Shown: positions 47,863 to 56,763, numbered from the stretch's first letter. The stretch is 64,000 bases of DNA from an uncultured Cardiobacterium sp. (GCF_938028825.1 NZ_CALIZP010000090.1:13374-77373), one strand, 5' to 3'. Notes: generated from the sequence alone by a model not told the origin. Made by a program: numbers and translations.

Positions 47863-48303
47863 TTAGGTGTCGGGTTTCAGCACTTTCCACGTGCCGTCTT
47901 CTTTGATGAGCAGGATTTCGGCGTCACGGCGGGCTTTTTTGCCGCTGATGTGCTTGTAGAGGGTAACGGCAATTTTGGCTTCGCTCTTGGCAGCATTGGT
48001 GTAGGTGACTTTACCAACTTGGGCAGTGGGGATTTCACCTTCTTTTTGGGCCTCTTGCCGTACTTGAGTCATAAGCATGGCCATAGTTTTGCGGGCGGTG
48101 TCTTCGTTGATTCCTGCCTGTTTGGCTTCGGGCGGGATGGCGAGGTATTCGGCGGCTTTGGCAGGATCGCCCTGGAAGAGTTCGTCGAAGAAGGTTTGGG
48201 TGATTTTTTGCGCGGCTTCGGCCTCTTTGTCGATTTTTTCGCCACAAGCGGTGAGCAAAGCGGTAAAGAGGATGAGAGCCAGGGCGCGGATGATTTTTTG
48301 CAT
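47863..48303 (-). CDS. DUF4878-like lipoprotein, array member 4
   Basis: LTAC; TFFDELFQGD, YTNAAKSEAKI, LIKEDGTWKV. Confidence 0.8.
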   Translation of the reverse strand: MQKIIRALALILFTALLTACGEKIDKEAEAAQKITQTFFDELFQGDPAKAAEYLAIPPEAKQAGINEDTARKTMAMLMTQVRQEAQKEGEIPTAQVGKVTYTNAAKSEAKIAVTLYKHISGKKARRDAEILLIKEDGTWKVLKPDT

Positions 48304-48318
48304 CGTGATTCCTTGCGG

Positions 48319-48738
48319 TTATTGCAGGTTTATTTTCCAGCCGTTATCGGTCTTGATCAGGTCTAATGTGTCGCTTTCTCCCCCGCTTTTACCGCTTTTC
48401 GGCTTTTTTAGGGTAATGGCGACTTTGGCCGCTGTTTTGTCGCTGCTGGTGTAGGTGATATCGCCGACTTCGGCAGTAGGGATGCCGCCTTCTTTTACCG
48501 CCTGTTCTCTCCTCATCGTGATGAGCTCAATAATCTGGTTCTTGAGCATGGCTTCATCGATGCCTTGTTGTGCGGATTCCTGGATGACTTCCGGTGAGAG
48601 GTAGATGAGTTCAGCCGCCTTATCGGCATCGCCAGCAAAGAGTTCGTGGAAGAAGGTCTGCGCAGTTTCTTTCGGGCCGTCGGCGGCATGAGCGATGCTG
48701 GCGAGGAGGGCCGTAAAGGCGAGGAGGAGCTTTTTCAT
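48319..48738 (-). CDS. DUF4878-like exported protein, array member 3 (SPI signal)
   Basis: AHA-A; GPKETAQTFF, LIKTDNGWKI. Confidence 0.8.
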   Translation of the reverse strand: MKKLLLAFTALLASIAHAADGPKETAQTFFHELFAGDADKAAELIYLSPEVIQESAQQGIDEAMLKNQIIELITMRREQAVKEGGIPTAEVGDITYTSSDKTAAKVAITLKKPKSGKSGGESDTLDLIKTDNGWKINLQ

Positions 48739-48786
48739 AACGGATTCCTTAAATGAAAAATAAAGGGGGCGCTGACGCGCCACGGC

Positions 48787-49209
48787 TTACAGCTTGATTT
48801 TCCAGCCTTTATCCGTCTTGATGAGCACAAAGTCCTGTTTTCTGGCGCTTTCTTGGCCATCTTTTTGTGTTTTCAGGATAACGGCAATCTTGGCCTCGGT
48901 TTTATCGGCATTGGTATAGCTGACTTCACCGATTTCGGCTTTGAGTACGCCGCCTTCTTTCTTCATTTTGTCTCGCGCCGCGATGATCATCATGCTGAGT
49001 TTGCTTTTGGCGGCTTCTTCGCTCATGTCTTTTTGCGAGATTCTTTTCATGGTTTCCGGCGGGAGATAGACGAGTTCAGCGGCCTTGTTGACATCGCCGT
49101 CGATCATTTCGCTGAAGAAGGTCTTGGCGGTTTTCTCCGGGCCATCGCCGCAGGCGGTAAGAATGGCGGCGAAGAAGACGAGGGTGAGGGTCTGAATGAG
49201 TTTTTTCAT
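48787..49209 (-). CDS. DUF4878-like lipoprotein, array member 2
   Basis: LTACGDGPEKTAKTFF, LIKTDKGWKI. Confidence 0.8.
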   Translation of the reverse strand: MKKLIQTLTLVFFAAILTACGDGPEKTAKTFFSEMIDGDVNKAAELVYLPPETMKRISQKDMSEEAAKSKLSMMIIAARDKMKKEGGVLKAEIGEVSYTNADKTEAKIAVILKTQKDGQESARKQDFVLIKTDKGWKIKL

Positions 49210-49253
49210 GTGGATTCCTTGTTGCAAGAGAAGTGGCGCTTGCGCGCCACAGG

Positions 49254-49664
49254 TTACATTTTGATTTTCCAACCTTTATCGGTCTTGATCAGATTGACTT
49301 TGTTGCTTTGTTCCTGGTCTTTGTCGCCTTGTTTGCCTTTGAGGGTGACGGTAACGCTGGCTTCAGTCTTGTCGGCGTTGAGGTAGGTGACTTCACCAGT
49401 GCTGACGCTGATTTTGCCGTCTGACTTTTTAATCTGCTGCTGCATTTCTGCCGCTGCCATGGAGAGCTTGCCTTTCATGGCTTCCTCAGTCATGCCGGCT
49501 TGTGCGGCTTCTGGCGGCAGATAGACGAGCTCAGCGGCTTTGCTGGCATCCCCGCTGAACAGTTCTTCAAAGAAGGTCTTGGCGGTTTTGTCCGGGCCGT
49601 CGCCGCAGGCAGTAAGAATGGCAGCGAAGAAGACGAGGGTAAGGGTCTGGATGAATTTTTTCAT
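49254..49664 (-). CDS. DUF4878-like lipoprotein, array member 1
   Basis: LTACGDGPDKTAKTFF, LIKTDKGWKI. Confidence 0.8.
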   Translation of the reverse strand: MKKFIQTLTLVFFAAILTACGDGPDKTAKTFFEELFSGDASKAAELVYLPPEAAQAGMTEEAMKGKLSMAAAEMQQQIKKSDGKISVSTGEVTYLNADKTEASVTVTLKGKQGDKDQEQSNKVNLIKTDKGWKIKM

Positions 49665-49765
49665 GGGTTCTCCAATTGAGTTAAAGAGATGCCGTGAGGC
49701 ACGCGAAGTGTACGGATTTGGCCAAAAGGCTGCCCGATTTTTTCGGGCGGCAAGCGGTTATTCGC

Positions 49766-50458
49766 TCAACGCACCGCCCTGCCCTGCTCTAATCCCCGGC
49801 GAAACGCCTGTAATGCTGCCGCATCCGCCGCGTCTGCCGGCGGGATCAACGCCTCCGGCCAGTCAGCGGGATTATCACTGCTCTGCAACAGCGGTTTGAG
49901 GCGCGCCTGCGCCCAGCGTCCGCCCGCCCGGCTATCATCGGCAACGGCGTACACATCAGCCACCCCCGCCTGCCGGGCGGTTTCGTGCAGTAACTGCGTC
50001 AGCACCATGCGCTGCGCCGCCGCATCGCCCGCATCCGGCAACGCCGCCTGCAAGATGCCGAGGTAGCAGCCCAGCGTGCGCGCCCGGCGGTAATCCCCGT
50101 CTGCCGTATTGAAATAAGCGGCGGCATCCTGCCTGCCGTCCATGCCCAACAGTAGGTGCGCCAGTATCCGCGCCGGTGGCAGCACATTGCCTTCGCGCAG
50201 CAATGCCCCGCTCCACAAACGCAGCGTCCGTCCGTCGTTTTCCGGCTTCTCGCAGAGGAGTTCCAGCACCGTGGCATCGTTGACCTGTAACGACGCGCTG
50301 ACATGCGTCACTACCTGACGGCTGCCCCGCGCCAATTCCGGCGCCTTACGGCGGATGTTTTCCAGACGCGACTGCGCATCCACCCTCAGGCTGTCGTCGG
50401 CGGCAAAGGCGGGAAGGCACGCCGCAAAGCATGTGGACAAAAGCCATAATTTCTTCAT
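49766..50458 (-). CDS. Hypothetical exported protein
   Basis: Signal peptide MKKLWLLSTCFAACLPAFA-A; no recognised domain. Confidence 0.55.
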   Translation of the reverse strand: MKKLWLLSTCFAACLPAFAADDSLRVDAQSRLENIRRKAPELARGSRQVVTHVSASLQVNDATVLELLCEKPENDGRTLRLWSGALLREGNVLPPARILAHLLLGMDGRQDAAAYFNTADGDYRRARTLGCYLGILQAALPDAGDAAAQRMVLTQLLHETARQAGVADVYAVADDSRAGGRWAQARLKPLLQSSDNPADWPEALIPPADAADAAALQAFRRGLEQGRAVR

Positions 50459-50591
50459 TATCAATATGCTCCGAAAAAGAAAGCGCGCTATTGTAGCGCC
50501 ATTGTTTATCATCGCTTATGCCGTTTTTCCGCTTCCCGCCGCACAGGAAAACCGGCATGACTGCAAGCATTACCGCGTTGGAGAGCCACTT

Positions 50592-51062
50592 ATGCACATC
50601 GAACTTATCGCCGTCGGGCAGAAAATGCCGGACTGGGTCAATCACGGCTTTGCCGACTATGCCGCCCGCTTCGCCGGCGATCTCTCCCTCGGCCTCAGCG
50701 AAATTCCCCTGCAAAAACGTGGCAGTGCCGGCCAGCTTGCCGCCGCGCAGCAAAAAGAAGCGGCACAGATCAAGACCTCCTTGCAAGGCAGCGACCGCAT
50801 CATCACCCTCGACATTCCCGGCCGCGAGTACACGAGCGAGGCGCTTGCCGCCCGCCTGCAACACTGGCAGGAAAATAGCCGCCGCATCGCACTCATCATC
50901 GGCGGCCCGGAAGGGATCACGGCGGAAATCAAGGCACTGGCCGATGAAAGCTGGTCGCTCGGCAAGCTGACCCTGCCGCACCCACTGGTGCGTATCATCG
51001 TCGCCGAGGCGCTGTACCGCGCCTGGAGCATCAACCGCCACCATCCCTATCACCGCGCCTGA
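50592..51062 (+). CDS. rlmH: 23S rRNA pseudouridine-1915 N3-methyltransferase
   Basis: AVGQKMPDWV, IGGPEG, SLGKLTLPHPLVR, HPYHR. Confidence 0.96.
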   Translation: MHIELIAVGQKMPDWVNHGFADYAARFAGDLSLGLSEIPLQKRGSAGQLAAAQQKEAAQIKTSLQGSDRIITLDIPGREYTSEALAARLQHWQENSRRIALIIGGPEGITAEIKALADESWSLGKLTLPHPLVRIIVAEALYRAWSINRHHPYHRA

Positions 51063-51164
51063 TAGAGGCGTTGCAAGCAGGAATGATGCGGTGTTCCCGC
51101 CGCCGTACTATTCATACTGCCTGCGGCACGCCGCCTTGTCTCATTCCTGTTTGACACGACTATA
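51063..51164 (-). mobile_element. Correia-like MITE, one end degenerate
   Basis: GCCGTACTATTCATACTGCCTGCGGC..GCCTTGTCTCATTCCTGTTTGACACGACTATA. Confidence 0.8.
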
Positions 51165-51338
51165 CCCATCCGCGCAGCGTCAGAATCATGGCCGACGGCG
51201 ACCCTATTTTGGGGCATCCCCGCCGCTTCCCCTTCACGCCATGCCGCGTACGCCGCAGCGCCCCCGGCGGGCGGCGACAAAAGCGGCGCACCCCCATTCA
51301 CAACAGGCGGCAAATCCCGTATGATTCGCGCCTCTTGC

Positions 51339-51415
51339 GGGCCTGTAGCTCAGTCGGTTAGAGCAGGCGACTCATAATCGCTTGGTCGGGGGTTCAAGTC
51401 CCTCCGGGCCTACCA
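51339..51415 (+). tRNA. tRNA-Ile2 (CAT anticodon, lysidine type)
   Basis: GAGCAGGCGACTCATAATCGCTTGGTCG matches the ileX-type sequence as I recall it; lacks the initiator GGG/CCC anticodon stem. Confidence 0.9.
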
Positions 51416-51429
51416 GTATTACTTCCTAT

Positions 51430-51461
51430 AAAAGCCGTTTGTTTCCGCAAACGGCTTTTTT
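51430..51461 (+). terminator. Terminator after tRNA-Ile2
   Basis: AAAAGCCGTTTG-TTTCCG-CAAACGGCTTTTT. Confidence 0.85.
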
Positions 51462-51595
51462 CTTTGCGGTTTTTCCGGTTTCTGCTGTCGTTTACTTCCG
51501 CCTGTTTCTGCGCGAGACAGGGCGGTATCAAAGGGAAGAAATATCGGCATCTCACCGGTTGCAGCCAGAACCGGACAAAAGCCGATAGCGCCCAC

Positions 51596-51666
51596 CATGC
51601 TTGATAAGCAGGATTGAGACAAGGCAGCGCGCCAACACCGTATCAGTCCTATTTGAAACAGCTATA
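51596..51666 (+). mobile_element. Internally deleted Correia-like MITE
   Basis: CAGGATTGAGACAAGGCAGCG joined directly to CGCCAACACCGTATCAGTCCTATTTGAAACAGCTATA. Confidence 0.75.
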
Positions 51667-51751
51667 CCACGCACGAAGGTCTGGTCATGGCTGGAAAAGT
51701 TTGGGCGGACCGAAGTCCGCCCTGTGCCGTTCGCTTTTCCCGCGATGGGCA

Positions 51752-52159
51752 TCAGTTGTCGTAATGAAAGCGCATGGTCTGTTTGAGCCCGGCGGGCAGG
51801 CTGTTCGCGACCGGGCAATGGCGCGCGGCGGTTTCGATGACGTTGCGGGTGTCGGCATCCAGCGCGCCGCTCAGGTGGAAATCGATGATGATTTCGCTGA
51901 CGCGCAGCGGGTCGTTCGCCATGTTTTTACCGACGTCGGCGCTGACGGCGAGGTTTTCGATGCCTTGTGCCGCCGCTTTTTTCGCCATTTGTGTCAGACA
52001 GCAGAAGGCGAGCGCGGCGGCAAAGTGGTCAAGCGGCGAGAATTGTTCGCCCTTGCCGCCGCTGCCTGCGGGCGCGTCGCTTTCGACGGCGGCCCGGTTG
52101 TCGTGGCGGGTGGCGCGGTTTCTCAGGCCGCCGAGGTGTTCGACATGAATGGTGTGCAT
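51752..52159 (-). CDS. OsmC-family protein
   Basis: DAP...GGKGEQFSPLD..AAALAFC, HCPVANSL. Confidence 0.88.
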   Translation of the reverse strand: MHTIHVEHLGGLRNRATRHDNRAAVESDAPAGSGGKGEQFSPLDHFAAALAFCCLTQMAKKAAAQGIENLAVSADVGKNMANDPLRVSEIIIDFHLSGALDADTRNVIETAARHCPVANSLPAGLKQTMRFHYDN

Positions 52160-52171
52160 GGTGGTTCTCCG

Positions 52172-52774
52172 TCAGGGGGTTTGCTGTTTGCCGGCGGTCT
52201 GCGTGCTTTGGTAGTTGTGCAGCCAGTCGCGGTAGGGCTGGCCGTCTATCCACAGGCTTTCGGCGACGATTTGCCCGTCCTTGATGCGTACGCCGAGGCT
52301 GGCATTGCTGCGCGGGGTGCCGTCGCTGCGCCAGCGGAAGAGTTCGTCGATTTTTACCGCGTCCTCTTCCGGCAGGTAGTAGCGGGTCAGCGGGATTTTG
52401 ATGGTGATTTTGTCGCCCGCCTTGTACTGTGCGGGGATACGGTAGGCGAAGGCGCCATCCCGGGCGTTGTGGCTCAGGCGGCTGATGCGGGCGAAGCCGT
52501 CTTTGTCCGCTTCCAGCACGACGTAGATGGTGTCGCCCCCCTGCACGCCGGGCGGCAGGATGTGTTCTTTGCGCTCTTCGGGGAAGGCGAGCGCGAGGTA
52601 GCGGCCGCGCAGGACGTCAAGCGGGTCAACGGGTTCGAGTTCGAGGCGCAGCGCGATGCCGTCGCGCAGGATGCTTTCGCCGTGCGCCACTTGCAGCAGC
52701 GGCACGAGCCATTGCAGGGCGAAGACGAAGGGCAGCAGCAGGAGGGTGAGGCGGCTTTTCAGGCGGGTGTTCAT
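52172..52774 (-). CDS. GDYXXLXY-domain membrane-anchored protein
   Basis: LELEPVDPLDVLRGRYLAL, RYYLPE; follows the DUF2157 gene. Confidence 0.8.
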   Translation of the reverse strand: MNTRLKSRLTLLLLPFVFALQWLVPLLQVAHGESILRDGIALRLELEPVDPLDVLRGRYLALAFPEERKEHILPPGVQGGDTIYVVLEADKDGFARISRLSHNARDGAFAYRIPAQYKAGDKITIKIPLTRYYLPEEDAVKIDELFRWRSDGTPRSNASLGVRIKDGQIVAESLWIDGQPYRDWLHNYQSTQTAGKQQTP

Positions 52775-54063
52775 GCGGTTTCTCCGGTCGGGCGCGGGCG
52801 GCGGGCGAGGTGCAGGTTGACGGTAAAGAAGGCGATACCGGCGGTGATGAAGACAAGCCCTTTCACCCACAGCGGCATGTTGTCGCCGACGAAGCGCAAA
52901 AACAGCGCCATCAGTACCCAAATCAGCGCGGAGTTGACGGCAAAGAGGCTGCGGTCGAGGTCAAGCCGCGCCCGCCACAGGCCGAGGATGATGACAAAGA
53001 CGGTCGGCAGCCACGGCCAGATGTCGCCGTAGCGCTCGCGGATACCCTGCTGCGCGAGCAGATAGATGACGATGCCGCTCAACACGAAGCAGAGATCCCA
53101 CCCTTGCAGGCGGCGCCAGCGGCAGACGGCGAAGAGCAGCAGGACGCCGCTGACTGCGATCAGTTGCGGATCGGCGAGCAGGGCGTCCGCCACAGGCTCG
53201 CGCATGGTCATCTCCGCGCCGAAGAGGAGCAGCACGGCGAGGGTGATTTTGCCGAGCACCGCCATGATGTTGCGCCAGGCGGGCAGGAGGGTGCGGGCGG
53301 CGAGGTAGAAGGCGGAGAGGCAGACCCAGGCGGGCAGGAAGCCGGCGTTGCGGCTGTTCGTGCAGAGAATCAGGGCGAAGGCAGTGGTGTGCAGCGCGGC
53401 AAAGGTGCGCCATATGCCCGTCTGCCCGCCGTAATGCAGTCCGGGCTGCCGCTGTGGGCAGAGCCACGGCAGGAAGGCAGCGACATAAAACACGTATTCC
53501 CAGTCCGCATAAAAAGCGACGTCGAACAGCAGCGGTTCGTTGCTGTAAATCCCGATGAAGTGCGCCAGCAATGCGGCGAAAAACACTACCGCCCAACTGC
53601 GCGCCACATACGCGAGCAGCAGCGTCAGCCACAGCCAGACGCGCAGGAAGGCGGGCAGGTCTTCTTCCACATGATAGGTCTGCGCGATGAGGGCAATCGC
53701 CGCCCCGGTCGAGAGCGCGACGAGGAGCGCGCTGCCCTCGCGCCACACGGTACTCGCCGGACGGCGCCAGCAGGCGAAATAAAGCGCCGCCTGCGACAGG
53801 GCAAGCGGCGTCAGCGACAACACGACCCGCAGCGGGCGCGTCAGGCTCGCCCAGTTGGCGGCAAAGAGCGCGATGATGCCCGCGCCGACGCACAGCGCGG
53901 CAAAGAGCGACAGCACCATCTGCCACCATTGCCCCCGGTGCCGCACGGGCAGGACGTAACGGGCACGCAACAGCGCCGCCTGTTCGGGGGAAACCCAGCC
54001 GCTTGCCTCCCACTGGGGCAGTTCGGCGAGCAAATCGCGGGAAAACGCAGCGCGTCGGTTCAT
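52771..54063 (-). CDS. DUF2157 family multi-pass membrane protein
   Basis: W...G.VS.EQA, GIIALFAANW, GAAIALIAQTYH. Confidence 0.85.
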   Translation of the reverse strand: MNRRAAFSRDLLAELPQWEASGWVSPEQAALLRARYVLPVRHRGQWWQMVLSLFAALCVGAGIIALFAANWASLTRPLRVVLSLTPLALSQAALYFACWRRPASTVWREGSALLVALSTGAAIALIAQTYHVEEDLPAFLRVWLWLTLLLAYVARSWAVVFFAALLAHFIGIYSNEPLLFDVAFYADWEYVFYVAAFLPWLCPQRQPGLHYGGQTGIWRTFAALHTTAFALILCTNSRNAGFLPAWVCLSAFYLAARTLLPAWRNIMAVLGKITLAVLLLFGAEMTMREPVADALLADPQLIAVSGVLLLFAVCRWRRLQGWDLCFVLSGIVIYLLAQQGIRERYGDIWPWLPTVFVIILGLWRARLDLDRSLFAVNSALIWVLMALFLRFVGDNMPLWVKGLVFITAGIAFFTVNLHLARRPRPTGETA

Positions 54064-54211
54064 ATAACTCTCCGTGATGAAAACAGCGCCATGATACGCA
54101 AAAGCCGGGCGGGCAATCATGACGAAACCCGCCGCTTGCCAAAGCGGCGGGTGCCGGTCCTGCCAAACGGTGCCGTTGGGGGAATGTCATCTGCACAGCC
54201 CGGCTTCAATA

Positions 54212-54317
54212 TATAGTCGTTTCAAACAGGAATGAGACAAGGCGGCGAGCCGAAGACAGTACAGATAGTACGGCGAGGCTCGCCAACACCGTATCATTTC
54301 TGTTTGAAACGACTATA
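54212..54317 (+). mobile_element. Correia-like MITE, 106 bp, best-preserved copy
   Basis: TIRs TATAGTCGTTTCAAACAG / CTGTTTGAAACGACTATA; core ACAAGGCGGCGAGCCGAAGACAGTACAGATAGTACGGCGAGGC. Confidence 0.92.
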
Positions 54318-54346
54318 AAAGCAGCGCCAACCCGCGCTGCTTTTTT
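54317..54346 (-). terminator. Bidirectional terminator downstream of the Cof gene
   Basis: AAAAGCAGCGC-CAACCC-GCGCTGCTTTTTT. Confidence 0.8.
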
Positions 54347-54393
54347 GCATCCGGCCGCCGGGCAGGAACACTGTCCGCCCGCCGTCGTTCATT

Positions 54394-55182
54394 TCACGCG
54401 GGAAACAGCCGTTCCAGTTCTTGCGCGAGGCCGTCTTTGCTGTTCGGCGCGGTCACGGTGCTGCATTCGGCCTTGATGTCGTCCGGCGCGTTGCCCATCG
54501 CCACGCTGTAGCCCGCGTAGCGCAGCATGTCGAGGTCGTTGTAGTTGTCGCCGAAGGCGATGCTTTCAGCGGCGGGGACGCTGAGGCGTTCGCCCATGAA
54601 GGCGATGGCTTGCGCCTTGGTCGCGCGTTTGTTGACGATTTCGAGGTATTCGTCTTTGGAGCGGTGGATTTCGAGGTGCGGGAAGGCGGGGCGCAGGCGG
54701 TCTTGCAGGGCGGCGATGACGGGCGCGTCGCCCATGACGAGGATTTTGTGCACGTTTGCAAGCGTCGCGGGGCGCTTTGTCGCGCGCAGGCCGGTGATGT
54801 CGCCTTCCTGCACTGTCCAGAAGTTATCCGGGTCGGGGCTGTACCAGTGGGTACCCTGATAGTAGTTGATGGAGGTGAGGGCGGGGTCGTTTTCCAGCAG
54901 GGTTTCGAGGCGGTGCAGGTCGGCGTCGTCAAGGGTGACGCTGTAGAGTTCGTTGAGGTCGCCGTCGAGGATGAGCGCGCCGTTGAAGGCGATGAGCGGC
55001 TGTTTGCCGCCGATGGCGGCGGTGAACGGGGTGATGGCGAGCGGCGGCCGCGCCGAGACGAGGACGATGGGGATGCCCGCCTGCGCGAGGCGGCGGGTGA
55101 TGGCGAGGGTGCGCGCGCTCATGCGGTGTTCGCGGTTGAGCAGGGTGCCGTCAATGTCGCTGTAGATGGCGCGGTAGGTCAT
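54394..55182 (-). CDS. Cof-type HAD IIB hydrolase
   Basis: SDIDGTLL, SARP, NGA, AFGDNYNDLDML, AMGNA. Confidence 0.92.
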   Translation of the reverse strand: MTYRAIYSDIDGTLLNREHRMSARTLAITRRLAQAGIPIVLVSARPPLAITPFTAAIGGKQPLIAFNGALILDGDLNELYSVTLDDADLHRLETLLENDPALTSINYYQGTHWYSPDPDNFWTVQEGDITGLRATKRPATLANVHKILVMGDAPVIAALQDRLRPAFPHLEIHRSKDEYLEIVNKRATKAQAIAFMGERLSVPAAESIAFGDNYNDLDMLRYAGYSVAMGNAPDDIKAECSTVTAPNSKDGLAQELERLFPA

Positions 55183-55567
55183 GGGGGTTCTCCGTGGGTG
55201 GGTGGGTGAGATGGATGCCTTTGCCCGCGAGGTTGGCGAGGCATGCGCGCAGGTAGGCGGCGTCGTGTTCGGGGTAGATGGGGTCGGCAACGGCGGCGGC
55301 AGGCAGGCCGCCATAGGGCGCGAGGTTTTTGCCGCGATGGTTGGGGTCAAGCCAGGCGGCATCAGGGCGGTAGCCGCGCCGCCGCATTTCCGCCATGACG
55401 AGGCGGTGGTAGGCGTAGAGCAGGTAGGGGCTGTGGTTGAAGACGTAGTTGACGGTCGCGTGCGGTCTGCCCCAGCCGTTGCCGCGCAGGGCGGCGCATT
55501 CGCGGTGCTGCCCCAGCAGTTGCGGGCGGGGCAGGTGGGGGATGAGGGCTTGATGCCAGAGTCGCAT
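55151..55567 (-). CDS. TIGR02328-family protein (pyrimidine-dimer DNA glycosylase-like fold)
   Basis: MRLWHQALI..LPR.QLLGQHRECAALRGNGWG..HATVNYVF, IYPEHD..YL..CL.NL..KGI. Confidence 0.85.
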   Translation of the reverse strand: MRLWHQALIPHLPRPQLLGQHRECAALRGNGWGRPHATVNYVFNHSPYLLYAYHRLVMAEMRRRGYRPDAAWLDPNHRGKNLAPYGGLPAAAVADPIYPEHDAAYLRACLANLAGKGIHLTHPPTENPHDLPRHLQRH

Positions 55568-55570
55568 GGT

Positions 55571-56602
55571 TTAGAGCAGCTTTTGCAGTTCTTCACGCAG
55601 GTAGGCGGCGCGCCAGCCGCGCAGCAGCGGGCTGTCGGCGCTTGGTTCGGCGCAGTAGTGTTTGAGGGCGCGGGTGGTGGCGAGCAGGTCGGGGTGGATG
55701 CCGAGCGCGGCGGCGGTGTCCGCCACAGAGCGGCAGAGTTTCTCGTACTGTTGGCGGCGCGCGTGACCAAGACGCGGACTGGACGGTTGGGCGGGCGGGG
55801 CGGCGTCGGCGGCAAACTGCCCGCTGAGGTAGGGCAGTTCTTGCCAGAGCGGGTGGCTGGCGCTCAGGTGTTCGGCCAGCGCTTCGAGGGTCGGCGGCTG
55901 TTTTTGCGCGATGGCGATGAGCTGGCGGTCGCTCATGATGGCGCGGCGCGGCAGGTCTTGTGCGGCGGCAAGGCGTTCGCGCGCGGCGGTGAGGATTTCG
56001 GCGACGCGGCGGTCGCCTGCGCGCAGTTGCGGCGCACCTTGCAGGCGGTACCAGTGCCAGGCTTCGCGCGGGCGCGTCTGCCGCGCGAGCAGCGCCGCGT
56101 TTTCTTCCGCCCACCAGTCCAGCCGCCCCAGACGGCGCAGGTCGGCAACGAGGTAGGGGTAGAGGCGGGCAAGCAGTTCGACATCGGCGGCGGCGTAGGC
56201 GCGCTGTTCGGCGTTGAGCGGGCGGGCGAGCCAGTCGCTGCGGGTCTGGCTTTTGTCGGGGCTGATGCCGAGGTAGTGTTCGACGAGCTGCGCGTAGCTG
56301 ACGGCAAGCTGCGGCGAGCAGAGGGCGAAGCCGATTTGCGTGTCGCGCACGGTCTGCGGCAGGCCGCCGCCGCAGAGTTGCATGAGTTCGAGGTCTTGCG
56401 CGCCCGCATGGAGGACGATGGGAGCGGGATGGTGCAGGATGGCCTGCCACGGCACGGCGTCCGCGCCATCCAGCGGGTCGTACAGATGCGCACTGCCGCC
56501 CGGCCGGCAGGTTTGCACCAGGGCGAGTTTGGGGATGTAGCTGTGTTCGCGGACAAATTCGCTGTCGTAGCAAAGGATGTGGTGAGGGTTGAAATCTTCC
56601 AT
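55571..56602 (-). CDS. rnd: Ribonuclease D
   Basis: DSEF, HAGAQDLE, DTQI, SDWLARPL, YAAADV, HRDC-like region, GWR. Confidence 0.88.
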   Translation of the reverse strand: MEDFNPHHILCYDSEFVREHSYIPKLALVQTCRPGGSAHLYDPLDGADAVPWQAILHHPAPIVLHAGAQDLELMQLCGGGLPQTVRDTQIGFALCSPQLAVSYAQLVEHYLGISPDKSQTRSDWLARPLNAEQRAYAAADVELLARLYPYLVADLRRLGRLDWWAEENAALLARQTRPREAWHWYRLQGAPQLRAGDRRVAEILTAARERLAAAQDLPRRAIMSDRQLIAIAQKQPPTLEALAEHLSASHPLWQELPYLSGQFAADAAPPAQPSSPRLGHARRQQYEKLCRSVADTAAALGIHPDLLATTRALKHYCAEPSADSPLLRGWRAAYLREELQKLL

Positions 56603-56715
56603 AAGGGTTCCCGGCGGAATACGGCGCGGCACGGTAGCACGATAGCGGCAGGCGGGGAAGTTTGTTTTGCCGGGGCTTTTCCGTATAATCCGCGCGCTTG
56701 CCGGTTCGCCGGCAT

Positions 56716-56756
56716 TTCCTTGCCGCCACATGGCGGCTTTGTTTATCCATAAGGAA
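56716..56756 (+). promoter_or_regulatory. Candidate S6:S18 autoregulatory RNA leader
   Basis: TTCCTT pairs with SD AAGGAA; inner hairpin GCCGCCA/TGGCGGC; unpaired CCA just before the SD; TATAAT at 56684-56689. Confidence 0.65.
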
Positions 56757-56763
56757 TCTTCTG

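Noticed and set aside
46862..49664. Integron cassette array interpretation of the paralogue cluster
   Set aside because: Spacers are short (about 15-50 bp), lack attC RYYYAAC/GTTRRRY structure, and there is no intI.
43922..51415. Possible genomic island between tRNA-Lys and tRNA-Ile2 containing the DUF4878 array
   Set aside because: No integrase and no duplicated tRNA 3' end were seen, and the interval includes core genes (ABC-F ATPase, rlmH).
51339..51415. tRNA-Met call for the CAT anticodon
   Set aside because: The body sequence matches the Ile2 (lysidine) type rather than initiator or elongator Met.
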